Shown one piece after another: positions 63,377-64,000 of a stretch of 64,000 nt of DNA. Position 1 is the first letter of the stretch. Every line of letters starts with the position of its first letter. Source of the DNA: Betaproteobacteria bacterium (GTDB lineage: Bacteria > Pseudomonadota > Gammaproteobacteria > Burkholderiales > Ga0077523). A program made the position numbers and the translations under genes. The notes under the pieces were generated by a model. The model was not told the origin of the DNA and did not search any database. It worked only from the letters and a program-made list of their open reading frames with translations. The stretch covers positions 197,829 through 261,828 of the forward strand of contig JADJPK010000007.1 in NCBI GenBank assembly GCA_016713305.1. Direction: 5' to 3'.

Positions 63377-64000
63377 GATGTGCCCTGGTGCTTCTCGAAC
63401 GTGTGGAGCTGGTCCTTCCGCAGCCGGTGGACGCCGAACATCAGCCCGCCCGTCGATGCGGGAAGAGAGACGTCTCCCTTGATGCGCACGATGATGTAGT
63501 CGCTGCCTTCCTCGATGAGGTCCGCGTCCTTGGCGCGAAGGAGAGAGGGAGGCATGAGTCCGACGGCGCGCCCACCCACCAGATGAAGGCTTCCGACGTC
63601 CGCCCGCACCCCGCTCGGGCGCAGCTGATTTCGTGCGCCGCGTTCCACGAGTTCCCTCAGCTGGATGGCGGCGGCCCGAAGCTCCGTCGCCAGGCGGTCC
63701 AGTACCTCGGCCGGCGGGTCTGCAATCTCGCCCGGAGAATAGGTGCCGGGCAGATGGATGAGATAGCGACCCATCGTTTCGCCCGATTCCAGGTGTGCCA
63801 CCAGCGTCACCCGGAAGCGGTCGTCCACGCACTCCTGCAGGAAGGCAAACGGCTGCAGAGGCAGACCGGCGTCGCCCTTGGCAAGGACGGGGCTGCCGTT
63901 CATGGCGTCGGCCACAATCCGGTAAGGATCGACGTGCCCATACTTCTTTTCGTACGCTGCGGCGGCGTGATCGTTGGCGGCGTTCTCCACCACATCGGCC
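63373..64000 (-). CDS. Hypothetical protein, 5'-truncated by the window edge
   Basis: ORF 63373..63993 remains open to position 64000. Composition is coding-like (..YEKKYGHVDPYRIVADAMNG..GRYLIHLPGTYSPGE..DYIIVRIKGDVSLP..). I do not recognise the family. Its stop overlaps the GTG of the CPBP gene (GTGA). Confidence 0.55.
   Translation of the reverse strand, partial: ADVVENAANDHAAAAYEKKYGHVDPYRIVADAMNGSPVLAKGDAGLPLQPFAFLQECVDDRFRVTLVAHLESGETMGRYLIHLPGTYSPGEIADPPAEVLDRLATELRAAAIQLRELVERGARNQLRPSGVRADVGSLHLVGGRAVGLMPPSLLRAKDADLIEEGSDYIIVRIKGDVSLPASTGGLMFGVHRLRKDQLHTFEKHQGTS

Overview
GC-rich (about two-thirds G+C by eye) proteobacterial chromosome segment. Synteny and two PEP-CTERM proteins suggest a beta- or possibly gammaproteobacterium; this is a low-confidence guess. 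The supporting blocks are recJ-prfB-lysS, lolC/E-lolD-comEC-relA, tRNA-Val-thrS-infC-rpmI-rplT-pheS-pheT-ihfA-merR-tRNA-Pro and surE-pcm-nlpD. I support about 50 protein genes, 2 tRNAs, several terminators and 6 sigma-28-like promoters. I see no rRNA, CRISPR array, transposase, integrase or phage genes.

The accessory centrepiece is an ~18 kb chemosensory locus (21.5-39.8 kb). Its order is minimal receptor, cheY, cheA, four tandem receptor genes, cheW, cheR, cheD, cheB and a STAS protein.

The most unusual signal is in the four tandem receptors. They carry unrelated sensor modules, but their 3' signalling domains are encoded by one near-identical 0.7-0.96 kb DNA cassette present as direct repeats. 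The cassette's codon usage (NNG codons, AGG Arg, purine-rich) differs sharply from the rest of the window. This suggests a foreign or separately evolving cassette spread by gene conversion onto exchangeable sensor modules.

Other points:
- a canonical prfB +1 programmed frameshift
- a probable non-AUG (ATC) infC start
- GFGFF repeats in CheA
- an MCP with an extra C-terminal sensor-like domain
- a MoxR-DUF58-transglutaminase operon
- a Pat-type acetyltransferase

Caveat: more than 20 reading-frame disruptions are present, including in essential thrS and pheT. Most that I reconstructed base by base are single-base length changes in short G/C runs. Most are therefore probably sequencing or assembly errors rather than biology. 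A dense cluster at 50.3-53.2 kb (PEP-CTERM gene plus phoX) could be real decay. All calls come from reading the sequence and ORF translations; no database search was possible.
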